A stretch of 64,000 bases of DNA from Candidatus Culexmicrobium cathedralense. GTDB lineage: Archaea > Thermoproteota > Methanomethylicia > Culexarchaeales > Culexmicrobiaceae. The stretch covers positions 480,001 to 544,000 of the forward strand of contig JANZKC010000001.1 of the NCBI GenBank assembly GCA_025061115.1. Reading direction: 5' to 3'. Positions 1-8,968 of this stretch are shown one piece after another. Positions within the stretch are counted from its first letter, which is position 1; every line of letters begins with the position of its first letter. The notes under the pieces were generated by a model. That model searched no databases. It had not been told where the DNA came from and was given only the letters and a program-made list of their open reading frames with translations. The position numbers were made by a program, and so were the translations under genes.

Positions 1-1
1 A

Positions 2-262
2 AGCGATAGAGTCGTCATATTCGACATGCCAACTCAAATGCTAGCAAAGCTGTTTGAAAACGAAAGCGCCACATCAACTGCCATTCTAACCAAAAACCTG
101 CTAGAGGTAGTCAAAGCAGAAAAGCGCGGAGAAATAGCATTCACCTCAAGAAACTTCGGCTATAAGGGCCGCTGGAAAGTCGAAAAAGTGGCTTTGGAAA
201 CAGGATTCAAAGCAAGATTGAAGCGAATCATAATAAAGATAATTGAATTACTAAACATTTAA
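2..262 (+). CDS. Hypothetical protein, 3' part (runs off window start)
   Basis: Frame is open from base 2 (AGC GAT AGA GTC...) through the ORF-track ATG at 26; codon style matches other + genes; converges on the next gene. Confidence 0.6.
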   Translation, partial: SDRVVIFDMPTQMLAKLFENESATSTAILTKNLLEVVKAEKRGEIAFTSRNFGYKGRWKVEKVALETGFKARLKRIIIKIIELLNI

Positions 263-901
263 TATTTCAAGCAGATCTGCAACACTTTCAATAACCACGT
301 CAGCACCACACTTCACGAGCTTCTCAGCAGGCATCAATCCAGTAAGCACCCCAACAACAAGCTTTGCACCCACCTCCTTACCGGAAATAATGTCAGCCCA
401 ATAATCTCCAACCACAACACACTCTTCGATGGAAACCCCTAAAAGCTCAGCTGCTCTACGCAAAATACGCTTCTTCGAGAAAAGTTCACCATCCAAAAAG
501 TTCTTGCCAGTTACAATGCAATCCACGTAGGCTTCCATACCATACATTCTAAGCTCCCTCCAGACCTCCAGCTCATCAACAGCCCTACCAGTAACCACTG
601 CCACTTTAAAGCCGCGCCTCTTCAAAGCCCTCAAGACTTCAATAGCTCCTGGAATTGGAGAATCCAATGGAGAGAAAAGCTCATTATACCTCTTCAGAAA
701 AATCCTCCAAAAAACCTCTCTAGAAATGCTTTTAGGAACAAATTCGTCGAGAGCATCATCAGCATAATACTTGACGAAAACGCTCCACTCAAGCTCCTTC
801 TCACCATAATCCCTAAGGAGCCTATTCAAAACCTCGAAGAAGCGCCTCAACGTATACACAAGAGTCTGATCCAAATCGAAGATCACAGCCTTCATGCACA
901 T
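251..901 (-). CDS. HAD-superfamily hydrolase (phosphoglycolate phosphatase-like)
   Basis: Motif I FDLDQTL, motif II VVTG, motif IV VGDYWAD; real start probably ATG at 895. Confidence 0.9.
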   Translation of the reverse strand: MCMKAVIFDLDQTLVYTLRRFFEVLNRLLRDYGEKELEWSVFVKYYADDALDEFVPKSISREVFWRIFLKRYNELFSPLDSPIPGAIEVLRALKRRGFKVAVVTGRAVDELEVWRELRMYGMEAYVDCIVTGKNFLDGELFSKKRILRRAAELLGVSIEECVVVGDYWADIISGKEVGAKLVVGVLTGLMPAEKLVKCGADVVIESVADLLEILNV

Positions 902-962
902 AACCTCAAAGCAAAATTTTTCAAAAAATACGGAAATTTAAGTTTAGCTCTTCGGTGAAAAC

Positions 963-1277
963 ATGAAGGACAAATGGCAAACAGGAATCCTAGTAATATG
1001 CTGGCTTAAGAATCCCAGCAAACTAACAAGAAGAAAAGTCATCTCTGCACTCATAGATGAGCAAACTGGAAATTTAAAATTCCTAAAAGCAGTGAAGTCA
1101 AACCTAGTGATCTACGCCGCTAGGAACATGAAGTCAAATGAAGTTGAAAAAAGAGCTGAAAAAGCACTGACACTGAAATTTAAGGTTCCAGTTAAAGTTG
1201 AAGCCCTACCAACATTAACGCTAACCAAAGCACTTAATGAAGCCCTAATAGCTTATAAGGAGCTAAAATCTAGGTGA
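963..1277 (+). CDS. Hypothetical protein
   Basis: 104 aa, GGTGA SD upstream, overlaps next ORF. Confidence 0.65.
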   Translation: MKDKWQTGILVICWLKNPSKLTRRKVISALIDEQTGNLKFLKAVKSNLVIYAARNMKSNEVEKRAEKALTLKFKVPVKVEALPTLTLTKALNEALIAYKELKSR

Positions 1278-1534
1278 AACTGGGAAATGAAATGCCAACA
1301 ATAATAGTAAATTCAAAGTACTGTAAGGGCTGCGGAATATGCGTTGAAATGTGCCCCGCAAAGGTATTCGAACTTTCCAAGGAAATTAATGAAAAAGGCT
1401 ACCACCAAGCAATACCAGTGAAACAGGACAAATGCACGCTATGCCACCTATGTGAACTCTACTGCCCAGACCAAGCAATCACCATAATAGGAGAGGGAGA
1501 AATTGAAAGAGGAGGAGCTAAAGCAACTCGCTGA
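1274..1534 (+). CDS. 2x[4Fe-4S] ferredoxin (KorD/delta-subunit-like)
   Basis: CKGCGICVEMCP and CTLCHLCELYCPDQAI; likely start ATG 1292. Confidence 0.9.
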   Translation: MKLGNEMPTIIVNSKYCKGCGICVEMCPAKVFELSKEINEKGYHQAIPVKQDKCTLCHLCELYCPDQAITIIGEGEIERGGAKATR

Positions 1535-2048
1535 AGCCAAGAAAACCCTAACAAGCCTAATAAAGAAACTTGAAAAGGAACTTGAACTACTTCAAGCATG
1601 CATATCCATAGTCGACCAAGCACTCATCAAAAGAAGCTTCACAACCGCAGAAAAACTGATTGAGCGCGAAAAGCCCAAGAAGGAAATCGTTGAATTAGAG
1701 TGGAAGGAACTCCCCCCAATAGCTTACCGCATAGGTAGAAGCGAGGTAACCCTAGCAAGAGTATATGAAAAAGACAAAGACTTACGAATTGTCCCAAAAA
1801 TAAAATTCAACATCAACACACCTCCCTTCGAGTCATTCCTCATCAAAAGAGTACTGGAAAAAATGAAGGAAAAAGATGCTGAATTAGCACTACCACCAGA
1901 CAAGGCCATCGACTTTGAAGTTAAACTTGACGGAGACATAATAAAGGAGTTAATCATCAAAAACATTATGGACGAAGACAGAAAAGTAAGCATTAGAAAC
2001 GCTGCAAAATGGACCTTCGCCAGAATGTATGAAAAGCTTTTGAGGTGA
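1503..2048 (+). CDS. Conserved hypothetical archaeal protein with N-terminal coiled coil
   Basis: 181 aa, overlaps both neighbours, native codon style. Confidence 0.7.
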   Translation: MKEEELKQLAEAKKTLTSLIKKLEKELELLQACISIVDQALIKRSFTTAEKLIEREKPKKEIVELEWKELPPIAYRIGRSEVTLARVYEKDKDLRIVPKIKFNINTPPFESFLIKRVLEKMKEKDAELALPPDKAIDFEVKLDGDIIKELIIKNIMDEDRKVSIRNAAKWTFARMYEKLLR

Positions 2049-3109
2049 AATCCATGCTCCCAACATTAAAGCAAAATGAAATGTATCTAAAGGCCATTGA
2101 AACGCCAAAACACTTGGAAAGAGCTCTAAACCAGCTAGAAATTCAAGGCATGGTTGAGGGAGAAGTAGATAACATCGTCATAGCTGGAATGGGCGGATCT
2201 GGAGTTATAGGAAACATAATTCTAGACTGGCTTGAAGACAGCTCCCCAATTCCAATAATCACTTGGAAGAACTACGGTCTACCCGCATGGGCAGACACCA
2301 AAACATATGTTCTAGCAATAAGCTACTCAGGAAATACCGAAGAAGTAATATCAGCAGTAGCAGAGGCCCTGAAAAGAAAATGCAAATTAACACTCATAAC
2401 AAGCAATGGAATCCTCGAGAACCTCGCATCCTCAAGGAAAATACCAATAATAAGAATACCAAAAGGATACCAACCGAGAGAAGCCCTACCATACCTACTA
2501 ACAGCAGCAATAATCGCACTAGACAACCTCGAAATCATAGGAAATTGGCGCGAGGAAATGCAAAAAACCATAGAAACGCTGAAGCGCATAAAAGAAGAAC
2601 TTGAAAACAAACCTGAAATAGCAAGGCAAATTGCAGAGAAAATAAAAGACCACCAAGCAATCATATACGCTTACAAGCCCTTAAGAGGAGCAGCCCTAAG
2701 ATTTAAGCAACAACTAAATGAAAACGGCAAAAGCTGGGCTAAAGTAGAAATCATCCCCGAAGCAGGACACAACGAAATAGTAGGATGGAGAGCCGAGAAA
2801 AACTCGCTAACAAACTTAAAAGCCATATTCATTAGGGATGTATTTGAAAGCAAGATGATGAACGCAAGAATAAGTGCATTTAAAGAGGAAATTGAAAGGG
2901 CTGGAGTTGAGGCAATCGACATCAAGGCTAGGGGGCGAGAAGTATTAAGCAGAATAATGTCGGTCATCTACCTGTGCGATCTAACCTCAATATACCTAGC
3001 TTTAATAAAGGGAGTTGACCCATCAAACATCGAGCCAATCAAAAACTTAAAGGAAAAAATCAAATCCACGGGGTATCTGCAGGAGCTCATGAAGCAGTTA
3101 GAATATTGA
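2045..3109 (+). CDS. Bifunctional phosphoglucose/phosphomannose isomerase
   Basis: SIS motifs GMGGSG, SYSGNTEE, QPR, ENGK, PEAGHNEI. Confidence 0.92.
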   Translation: MKSMLPTLKQNEMYLKAIETPKHLERALNQLEIQGMVEGEVDNIVIAGMGGSGVIGNIILDWLEDSSPIPIITWKNYGLPAWADTKTYVLAISYSGNTEEVISAVAEALKRKCKLTLITSNGILENLASSRKIPIIRIPKGYQPREALPYLLTAAIIALDNLEIIGNWREEMQKTIETLKRIKEELENKPEIARQIAEKIKDHQAIIYAYKPLRGAALRFKQQLNENGKSWAKVEIIPEAGHNEIVGWRAEKNSLTNLKAIFIRDVFESKMMNARISAFKEEIERAGVEAIDIKARGREVLSRIMSVIYLCDLTSIYLALIKGVDPSNIEPIKNLKEKIKSTGYLQELMKQLEY

Positions 3110-3127
3110 TAGCCATAAATATTAATC

Positions 3128-3135
3128 TTTATAAA
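3128..3135 (+). promoter_or_regulatory. TATA box of gap
   Basis: TTTATAAA about 30 nt upstream of ATG 3167; GGTGA SD at 3158-3162. Confidence 0.6.
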
Positions 3136-3166
3136 TATAACTTAGCAAAACTATAATGGTGATTAC

Positions 3167-4201
3167 ATGCCAAAGCCAATAGTAAAGGTAGGCGTAAATG
3201 GCTATGGAGTTATAGGTAAGCGCGTCGCCGACGCAATATCAATTCAAGACGATATGAAGCTAATCGGAATCTCAGACATAGCTTCCGACTGGAGAGTGAA
3301 AATGGCAGCTAAAAAGAATTACTCAATCTACTGCTCTATCCCCGAAAAAATCGAGGAAATGAAGAATGCGGGAATCGAAGTTGAAGGAACGCTTGAAGAC
3401 CTACTAAAGCAAGTCGACGTAATAATTGACTGCACCCCCAAAAACATTGGAGCCAAAAACAAGTCCATATACGAGAAATTCGGAGTCAAAGCAGTGTTTC
3501 AGGGAGGAGAAAAGCATGAAGTTGCAGGAGTAAGCTTCGTTGCCCAGTGCAACTATGAAGAAGCACTTGGAAAACAATTCGTAAGAGTAGTAAGCTGCAA
3601 TACAACCGCCCTATGCAGAGTGCTGGGAGCAATTAAAAATGAAATTGGAATTAAAAAGGCAAGAGCATTCATAGTGAGAAGAGCAGTAGACGTATGGGAA
3701 AGCGGCAAAAGTGGCATAATGAACACCGTAGTACCCACAATGGGAATAAGCCACCACGCCCCAGACGTTAAAACCGTCCTCCACGACTTAGACATAGTAA
3801 GCATGGCAGTTAAAGCATCCCACAACCTATTCCACCTCCACTTCTGCCTAGTTGAAGCGGAAAAGAACGTTGAAGCTGGAGAGGTCATAGAGGCTTTAGA
3901 AAAAGCTCCAAGAATAGCATTTGTCAGCACACAAGATGGAATCGATGGACTGCACGCAGTTTTCGAACTAGGACGAGACCTAGGTAGAAGCCGCGGAGAC
4001 ATCTACGAAATACCAGTTTGGAGAGACAGCATCACAGTAATTGGAAATGAAGTATACGTAGCTTGGAGCACTCCCAATGAAAGCAATGTAATTCCAGAAA
4101 ATGTGGATGCAGTTAGAGCCATAATGGAAGTAGAGGAGGATTGGCGCAAAAGCGTTGAGAAAACCGATAAAGCGCTAGGAATAATTAAGAAGTTCTACTA
4201 A
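3167..4201 (+). CDS. gap: Glyceraldehyde-3-phosphate dehydrogenase, archaeal type II
   Basis: NGYGVIGKRVADA, catalytic VVSCNTT, QGGEK, VIPENVDA. Confidence 0.95.
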   Translation: MPKPIVKVGVNGYGVIGKRVADAISIQDDMKLIGISDIASDWRVKMAAKKNYSIYCSIPEKIEEMKNAGIEVEGTLEDLLKQVDVIIDCTPKNIGAKNKSIYEKFGVKAVFQGGEKHEVAGVSFVAQCNYEEALGKQFVRVVSCNTTALCRVLGAIKNEIGIKKARAFIVRRAVDVWESGKSGIMNTVVPTMGISHHAPDVKTVLHDLDIVSMAVKASHNLFHLHFCLVEAEKNVEAGEVIEALEKAPRIAFVSTQDGIDGLHAVFELGRDLGRSRGDIYEIPVWRDSITVIGNEVYVAWSTPNESNVIPENVDAVRAIMEVEEDWRKSVEKTDKALGIIKKFY

Positions 4202-4274
4202 ATATCTTAATTCCCAATTTTTCACTTAAGCAAGATTTAATTCTCCGGACATTAAAGTGATTTAGTGATCAGCC

Positions 4275-6056
4275 TTGGAATACTCGGCAATCGTAGATGT
4301 TTATGAAAAAATTGAAGCAACTACAAAAAGGCTTGAAATGACAGATTTACTTGTAAGCCTACTAAGCAAAACCCCGAAAGAAATCATAGACAAGGTGATT
4401 TACTTAACCCAAGGAAAGCTCTACCCAGATTACGTAGGTATTGAGCTTGGAGTTGCAGAAAAGCTTGCAATGCGTGCACTAGCACTAGCAACTGGATTAC
4501 CATTAAGGGAAATTGAAAGCGAGCTCAAAAGAACAGGGGATATTGGAACAGCGGCAGAAATATCCTTAAAGCGTAGGAAAACTAAAACTTTAATGGAGTT
4601 TTTCGGAGCCCCAGCCAAAGTTGAAAGGCTATCAGTCCAAAACGTCTACAGCACACTTGAAAGAATAGCCAAAGCGGCAGGCGAGGGATCTCAAGAAACA
4701 AAAATAAAACTACTAGTAAGCCTGTTGCGAAGAGCCTCGCCAAAGGAAGCCAAGTACCTGCTTAGAACGGTTACTGGAAAATTGAGGCTAGGAATAGCTG
4801 ACATGACAATACTGGATGCACTGGCAATAGCATTTTGCAAAACCAAGGAGGTAAGGCCAATTATTGAAAGAGCCTACAACATATCTTCGGATTTAGGTGC
4901 AGTAGCTAAAGCACTAGCATATGAAGGAATTGAGGGCGTAAAGAAGTTTAAGATAACCGTTGGAAGGCCAATTAGGCCCATGCTCGCTGAAAGGTTATCT
5001 TCACCCCAAGAAATTCTCGAAAAGCTCGGCGGAAAATGCGCTGCAGAGTACAAGTACGATGGGGAGAGAATACAGGCACACAAGAAAGCTGATGAAGTGA
5101 TTCTCTTCTCAAGAAGACTCGAAAACATCACCCATCACTATCCAGACGCCTGCGAACTCATAAGAAGCAATATTAAAGCTGAAGAGGCAATAGTGGAGGG
5201 CGAATGCGTAGCAATAAATCCGGAGACTGGCGAAATGCAGCCATTTCAGGAATTAATGCACAGAAGAAGGAAGTACGGAATTGAGGAAGCCATGAAGCTA
5301 TATCCAGTTACGCTGTTCATGTTCGACGCCCTATACGTTGATGGAGAAGACTTAACCCTAAAACCATATCCGCAAAGGAGGGAAATTCTAAGTAAAATAG
5401 TTGAAGAAGGAGAGAGAATTAAGCTTTCAAACTTCAGGATAGTCGATAACGCTAAAGAATTAGAAGAATTCTTCCTCGAGGCAGTGGAAGAAGGATGTGA
5501 AGGCCTCGTCTGCAAATCCCTAAATCCAGACTCAATTTATCAGGCAGGCTCAAGAGGGTGGCTTTGGATCAAGTACAAGAGAGACTACAAGTCCGAAATG
5601 ACGGACACCGTCGACCTAGTGGTGGTGGGAGCATTCTGGGGTAAAGGTAGAAGAGCAGGAACCTATGGAGCACTATTAATGGCAGCCTACGACCCAAGCG
5701 CAGATATGTTCCGAACCATATGCAAAGTAGGCAGCGGATTCACCGATGAAGACTTAAGGAAGCTGCCAGAAATCCTTGAACCATACAGGATACCCCACAT
5801 CCATCCAAGAGTCGACTCAAAAATAGAGGCAGACGTGTGGTTTGTGCCTGCAGTGGTGCTTGAAATAATAGGAGCAGAAATCACGCTAAGCCCACTTCAC
5901 ACATGCGGGTTAAATGCAATAAGAGAGGGAGCAGGACTCGCAATAAGATTCCCGAGATTCACAGGCAGGTATAGAACCGACAAGAAACCTGAAGACGCAA
6001 CGACAATCAAAGAAATAATTGAAATGTACAAAGCACAGCTCAAGAAATTCGCGTAG
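4275..6056 (+). CDS. lig: ATP-dependent DNA ligase
   Basis: EYKYDGER (adenylated Lys), EGLVCK, WIKYK, RFPRF. Confidence 0.97.
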   Translation: MEYSAIVDVYEKIEATTKRLEMTDLLVSLLSKTPKEIIDKVIYLTQGKLYPDYVGIELGVAEKLAMRALALATGLPLREIESELKRTGDIGTAAEISLKRRKTKTLMEFFGAPAKVERLSVQNVYSTLERIAKAAGEGSQETKIKLLVSLLRRASPKEAKYLLRTVTGKLRLGIADMTILDALAIAFCKTKEVRPIIERAYNISSDLGAVAKALAYEGIEGVKKFKITVGRPIRPMLAERLSSPQEILEKLGGKCAAEYKYDGERIQAHKKADEVILFSRRLENITHHYPDACELIRSNIKAEEAIVEGECVAINPETGEMQPFQELMHRRRKYGIEEAMKLYPVTLFMFDALYVDGEDLTLKPYPQRREILSKIVEEGERIKLSNFRIVDNAKELEEFFLEAVEEGCEGLVCKSLNPDSIYQAGSRGWLWIKYKRDYKSEMTDTVDLVVVGAFWGKGRRAGTYGALLMAAYDPSADMFRTICKVGSGFTDEDLRKLPEILEPYRIPHIHPRVDSKIEADVWFVPAVVLEIIGAEITLSPLHTCGLNAIREGAGLAIRFPRFTGRYRTDKKPEDATTIKEIIEMYKAQLKKFA

Positions 6057-6058
6057 TA

Positions 6059-7738
6059 GTGGAGAACAAAATGAAAAAAAGAAGAGATCAGTGGTGGAGG
6101 CAATACCTAGCATACCTAGACAACAGCCCCCAATCAGTAAGAAGACTAGTTGAAAAGCTCACCCCCAAACATCCAATTCAAGTTAAAGAGAAAGTCTACA
6201 TAGAGAAAAACTACCAGTTATGGCCATTCCAAGAAGAAATCCTGCGCAAACTCCTCCGCCACAAGAAGGCGCTCATACTAGGACTCCCAACAGGACTAGG
6301 TAAAACCTTCGTTGCAGGAGCATATTTAGATGAAGTATCTAAGCCCCATGGAATAAGGGTCCTCTTCCTAGTACCATCAGTTCCACTAGGAGTGCAGCAA
6401 ACAATATTTGCTAGGAAGAGGCTGAAAGTTGAAAGTGCATACTTCATTTCAGGCGCAATACCGCCAGACAAGAGAAAAGCCCTGAAAGTCTGGAATGCAG
6501 GGTTCGTAGTAACCACACCACAAACCTTCGCAAACGACCACCTCTACGCCTTCGAGCCAATGCTAAAGGAAGCAAGAGAAATGAGAAACCCAATACCCTA
6601 CCTAGCTGAAGTACTAAGCGACGCCGAATTCAAATTCCCATACGACGTAGTTGTAGCAGACGAGTGCCAGAGATACATTGGAGAGACGGACGGCTACTCG
6701 ATACTTCTAGTAGCTGCAGCATGCAAAGTTGCCATTCTAGCTCTAAGCGCAACCCCCCACCTACACGCTCCTCACAGACTTGAAGAGCTCCAAAAGATCT
6801 TTGATAAGATACAGGTCTTCTCAGTCGAGGAACCCAGCATAAGCAAGTACATTCCAAGCAGAGTACTCTACGTTGTGAGAATACCAACTCCAGAGGACCT
6901 ACTAGAGGTTTATAGGGGATTAGATGCAGTGATAGGTAAGATCGAGAAAGCCATCAAGGACAAGTACGGGGCAAGCCACTTAAAGACAAACTGCAACGAA
7001 CATCAACTCTGCAGAAAGCGCATGGTAATCAAATTATTGAAGTTTAGAATGGTGGAGGATGGAGCCAGCAGCGTCCTAAGATACGCCACATGGAGACTTA
7101 AAGAGCTCAAAGAGCCGCTTGAAGAGCTAAACGGCAAAAGCATAATCAAGGCATACAGAGAGGCCTTGAAAAAGTGCTTCAACCACAAAATGAACGTAGC
7201 CGCAAAAATTTTGGAGAGAGAAATCTACGACAAAGCGATAATATTTGCAGAGGCGGTCGAAGCTGTAAAGCAAATGGGAAGACAACTTCAAAAGACGTAT
7301 GGAGTAGATAACGTTGCAATTCTAATCGGCAAAGGACACATGACCTTAGAGCAGCAAGCATCAGCACTAATGCAGTTCAGGGAGAAAGCTAAAATTCTAG
7401 TAGCATCATCCGTCGGCGAAGAAGGCCTAGATATACCCACGGCAGATATAGAGATTTGGATAGACCCGCCGAGCAGTCCGAGAAAGTGGATTCAGAGGTT
7501 TGGCAGAGTATTAAGGCAGCCCTCAGGAAGGAAAGTAGCTAGAATCTACGCTCTAATATCCATGAGAACACATGAAAAAAATAAGCTGCTAAGCGTGATG
7601 AAAAAGGCGGAGAGAATCTATGGATTCACGCAGAAAGTCGTCTATGAAGACCTTGACAAAATTGAAAGTGGGCAGAGAACCCTAACAAGCTTCCTAGGCA
7701 AATCATTTAACCAATCAAAAACACGCGAGAGCCAATAG
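6059..7738 (+). CDS. SF2 helicase, Hef/FANCM-like helicase domain without nuclease
   Basis: PTGLGKT, DECQ, LSATP, GEEGLDIP, QRFGR; C-terminal PIP-like QRTLTSFL. Confidence 0.85.
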   Translation: MENKMKKRRDQWWRQYLAYLDNSPQSVRRLVEKLTPKHPIQVKEKVYIEKNYQLWPFQEEILRKLLRHKKALILGLPTGLGKTFVAGAYLDEVSKPHGIRVLFLVPSVPLGVQQTIFARKRLKVESAYFISGAIPPDKRKALKVWNAGFVVTTPQTFANDHLYAFEPMLKEAREMRNPIPYLAEVLSDAEFKFPYDVVVADECQRYIGETDGYSILLVAAACKVAILALSATPHLHAPHRLEELQKIFDKIQVFSVEEPSISKYIPSRVLYVVRIPTPEDLLEVYRGLDAVIGKIEKAIKDKYGASHLKTNCNEHQLCRKRMVIKLLKFRMVEDGASSVLRYATWRLKELKEPLEELNGKSIIKAYREALKKCFNHKMNVAAKILEREIYDKAIIFAEAVEAVKQMGRQLQKTYGVDNVAILIGKGHMTLEQQASALMQFREKAKILVASSVGEEGLDIPTADIEIWIDPPSSPRKWIQRFGRVLRQPSGRKVARIYALISMRTHEKNKLLSVMKKAERIYGFTQKVVYEDLDKIESGQRTLTSFLGKSFNQSKTRESQ

Positions 7739-7991
7739 CCTGCCCGGGAAGAGGCCTTCTAAATCTAGCTATAACAACCCCCTTATTCCCATGCGTTTTG
7801 AGAATGCTCCCAATAACCTTCAACCCACCACTACTTCGCCAAACAACCTTCCTACCAATAAGCCTGGAGGCAGAGCTTTTTGAATGGAAATTCCTGAACT
7901 TCAAGTAAACGTAATTGGTATACTGCCTCTTCAAGCCCCGCCTATAACCCAAAATTACTCCATCAAGCCCAACAACCGCCATGAACACCAC
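7707..7991 (-). CDS. rpl35ae: 50S ribosomal protein L35Ae (eL33)
   Basis: GYRRG, HGNKGVVIARF, LPGQAIG. Confidence 0.92.
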   Translation of the reverse strand: MVFMAVVGLDGVILGYRRGLKRQYTNYVYLKFRNFHSKSSASRLIGRKVVWRSSGGLKVIGSILKTHGNKGVVIARFRRPLPGQAIGSRVFLIG

Positions 7992-8067
7992 CCACAGCAG
8001 TTGAGGGGCAGAAAAGAGTTAAACAAACTTCCTTATCAATATTACTGGCAAACTAAGCCAGCTTAAC

Positions 8068-8967
8068 CTACATGTAAACTCTAGTTCCTATGGGATCAAC
8101 TTCAGACACTAAGATGCCCTCGCACGGAAAGAAGTCCAGCAATAAGTCAACGAACCTAACTACGTCATCACTTCGAACGAGGGCATAAACTGTTTTACCG
8201 TCAAAGCTAAAGCCATAAGCCAGCGGACTCAACTTGCCAAGCTCAATTAAAACTTCACTTGAACCCTTAAAGTTGCACATCATCTTGACAGTAAAGGTCT
8301 TCGCCAACTCCAAAATTTCCTCAAAACTCAATTTTGGAAGCTTGCTTTCTAAATCCTCGCACTCCATAGTCATGGCATCCCAGCTGAACTTTCTAAATAC
8401 AACCTGAGCTGTAGCAGGACCTCCAATTACAATCTTCAAGTCCTCAGGTCCCGCTAACTTAACATACCTAGCCCTGCTGGGGGGAGCAGCGTTCACAAGT
8501 AAAGTCACTCCTCCAACAAGTTGGGGAAGAGAAGAGCCGCACCCAATTTCATACTCAATCTCCACGCTGTGGGCAATATCCCCAACAATTTCAGGACTTA
8601 AGTTAAGATTAAGTGCCTTGTGAACTGCAGCTAAAGCGGAAATCACCGATGCCGTTGCAACGCTTAAACCAAGATTTAGTGGCACTTCAAAATTGAAATC
8701 GAGCACGCCCCTAACGCCATTAAGTTCCGATGCTTCCGCCATGCGCTTAACAGCCTCTTCAATCCAGGGAAGATTCAGCTGCCTCTTACCATAAACCATG
8801 TTCAGCTTAACGCAATTGGAAGGCTGAACTCTAGCTAAGCAGGAAACACCTCTTAAAAGGCAAAGGCCAGCTCCAACAAATCCACACTCCTCAATGCGAG
8901 AAGACCTCTTGAAGCTGAAGAGCAGCGGGATAAACGATGGAGTGAAAGCCTTGCCAACATACTTCAA
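8068..8967 (-). CDS. GHMP-fold protein, pantoate kinase-like, motifs degenerate
   Basis: Layout KAFTP...GAGL...P.xxGL...IAHSVEI matches archaeal pantoate kinase, but catalytic motifs are altered. Confidence 0.65.
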   Translation of the reverse strand: MKYVGKAFTPSFIPLLFSFKRSSRIEECGFVGAGLCLLRGVSCLARVQPSNCVKLNMVYGKRQLNLPWIEEAVKRMAEASELNGVRGVLDFNFEVPLNLGLSVATASVISALAAVHKALNLNLSPEIVGDIAHSVEIEYEIGCGSSLPQLVGGVTLLVNAAPPSRARYVKLAGPEDLKIVIGGPATAQVVFRKFSWDAMTMECEDLESKLPKLSFEEILELAKTFTVKMMCNFKGSSEVLIELGKLSPLAYGFSFDGKTVYALVRSDDVVRFVDLLLDFFPCEGILVSEVDPIGTRVYM

Positions 8968-8968
8968 A

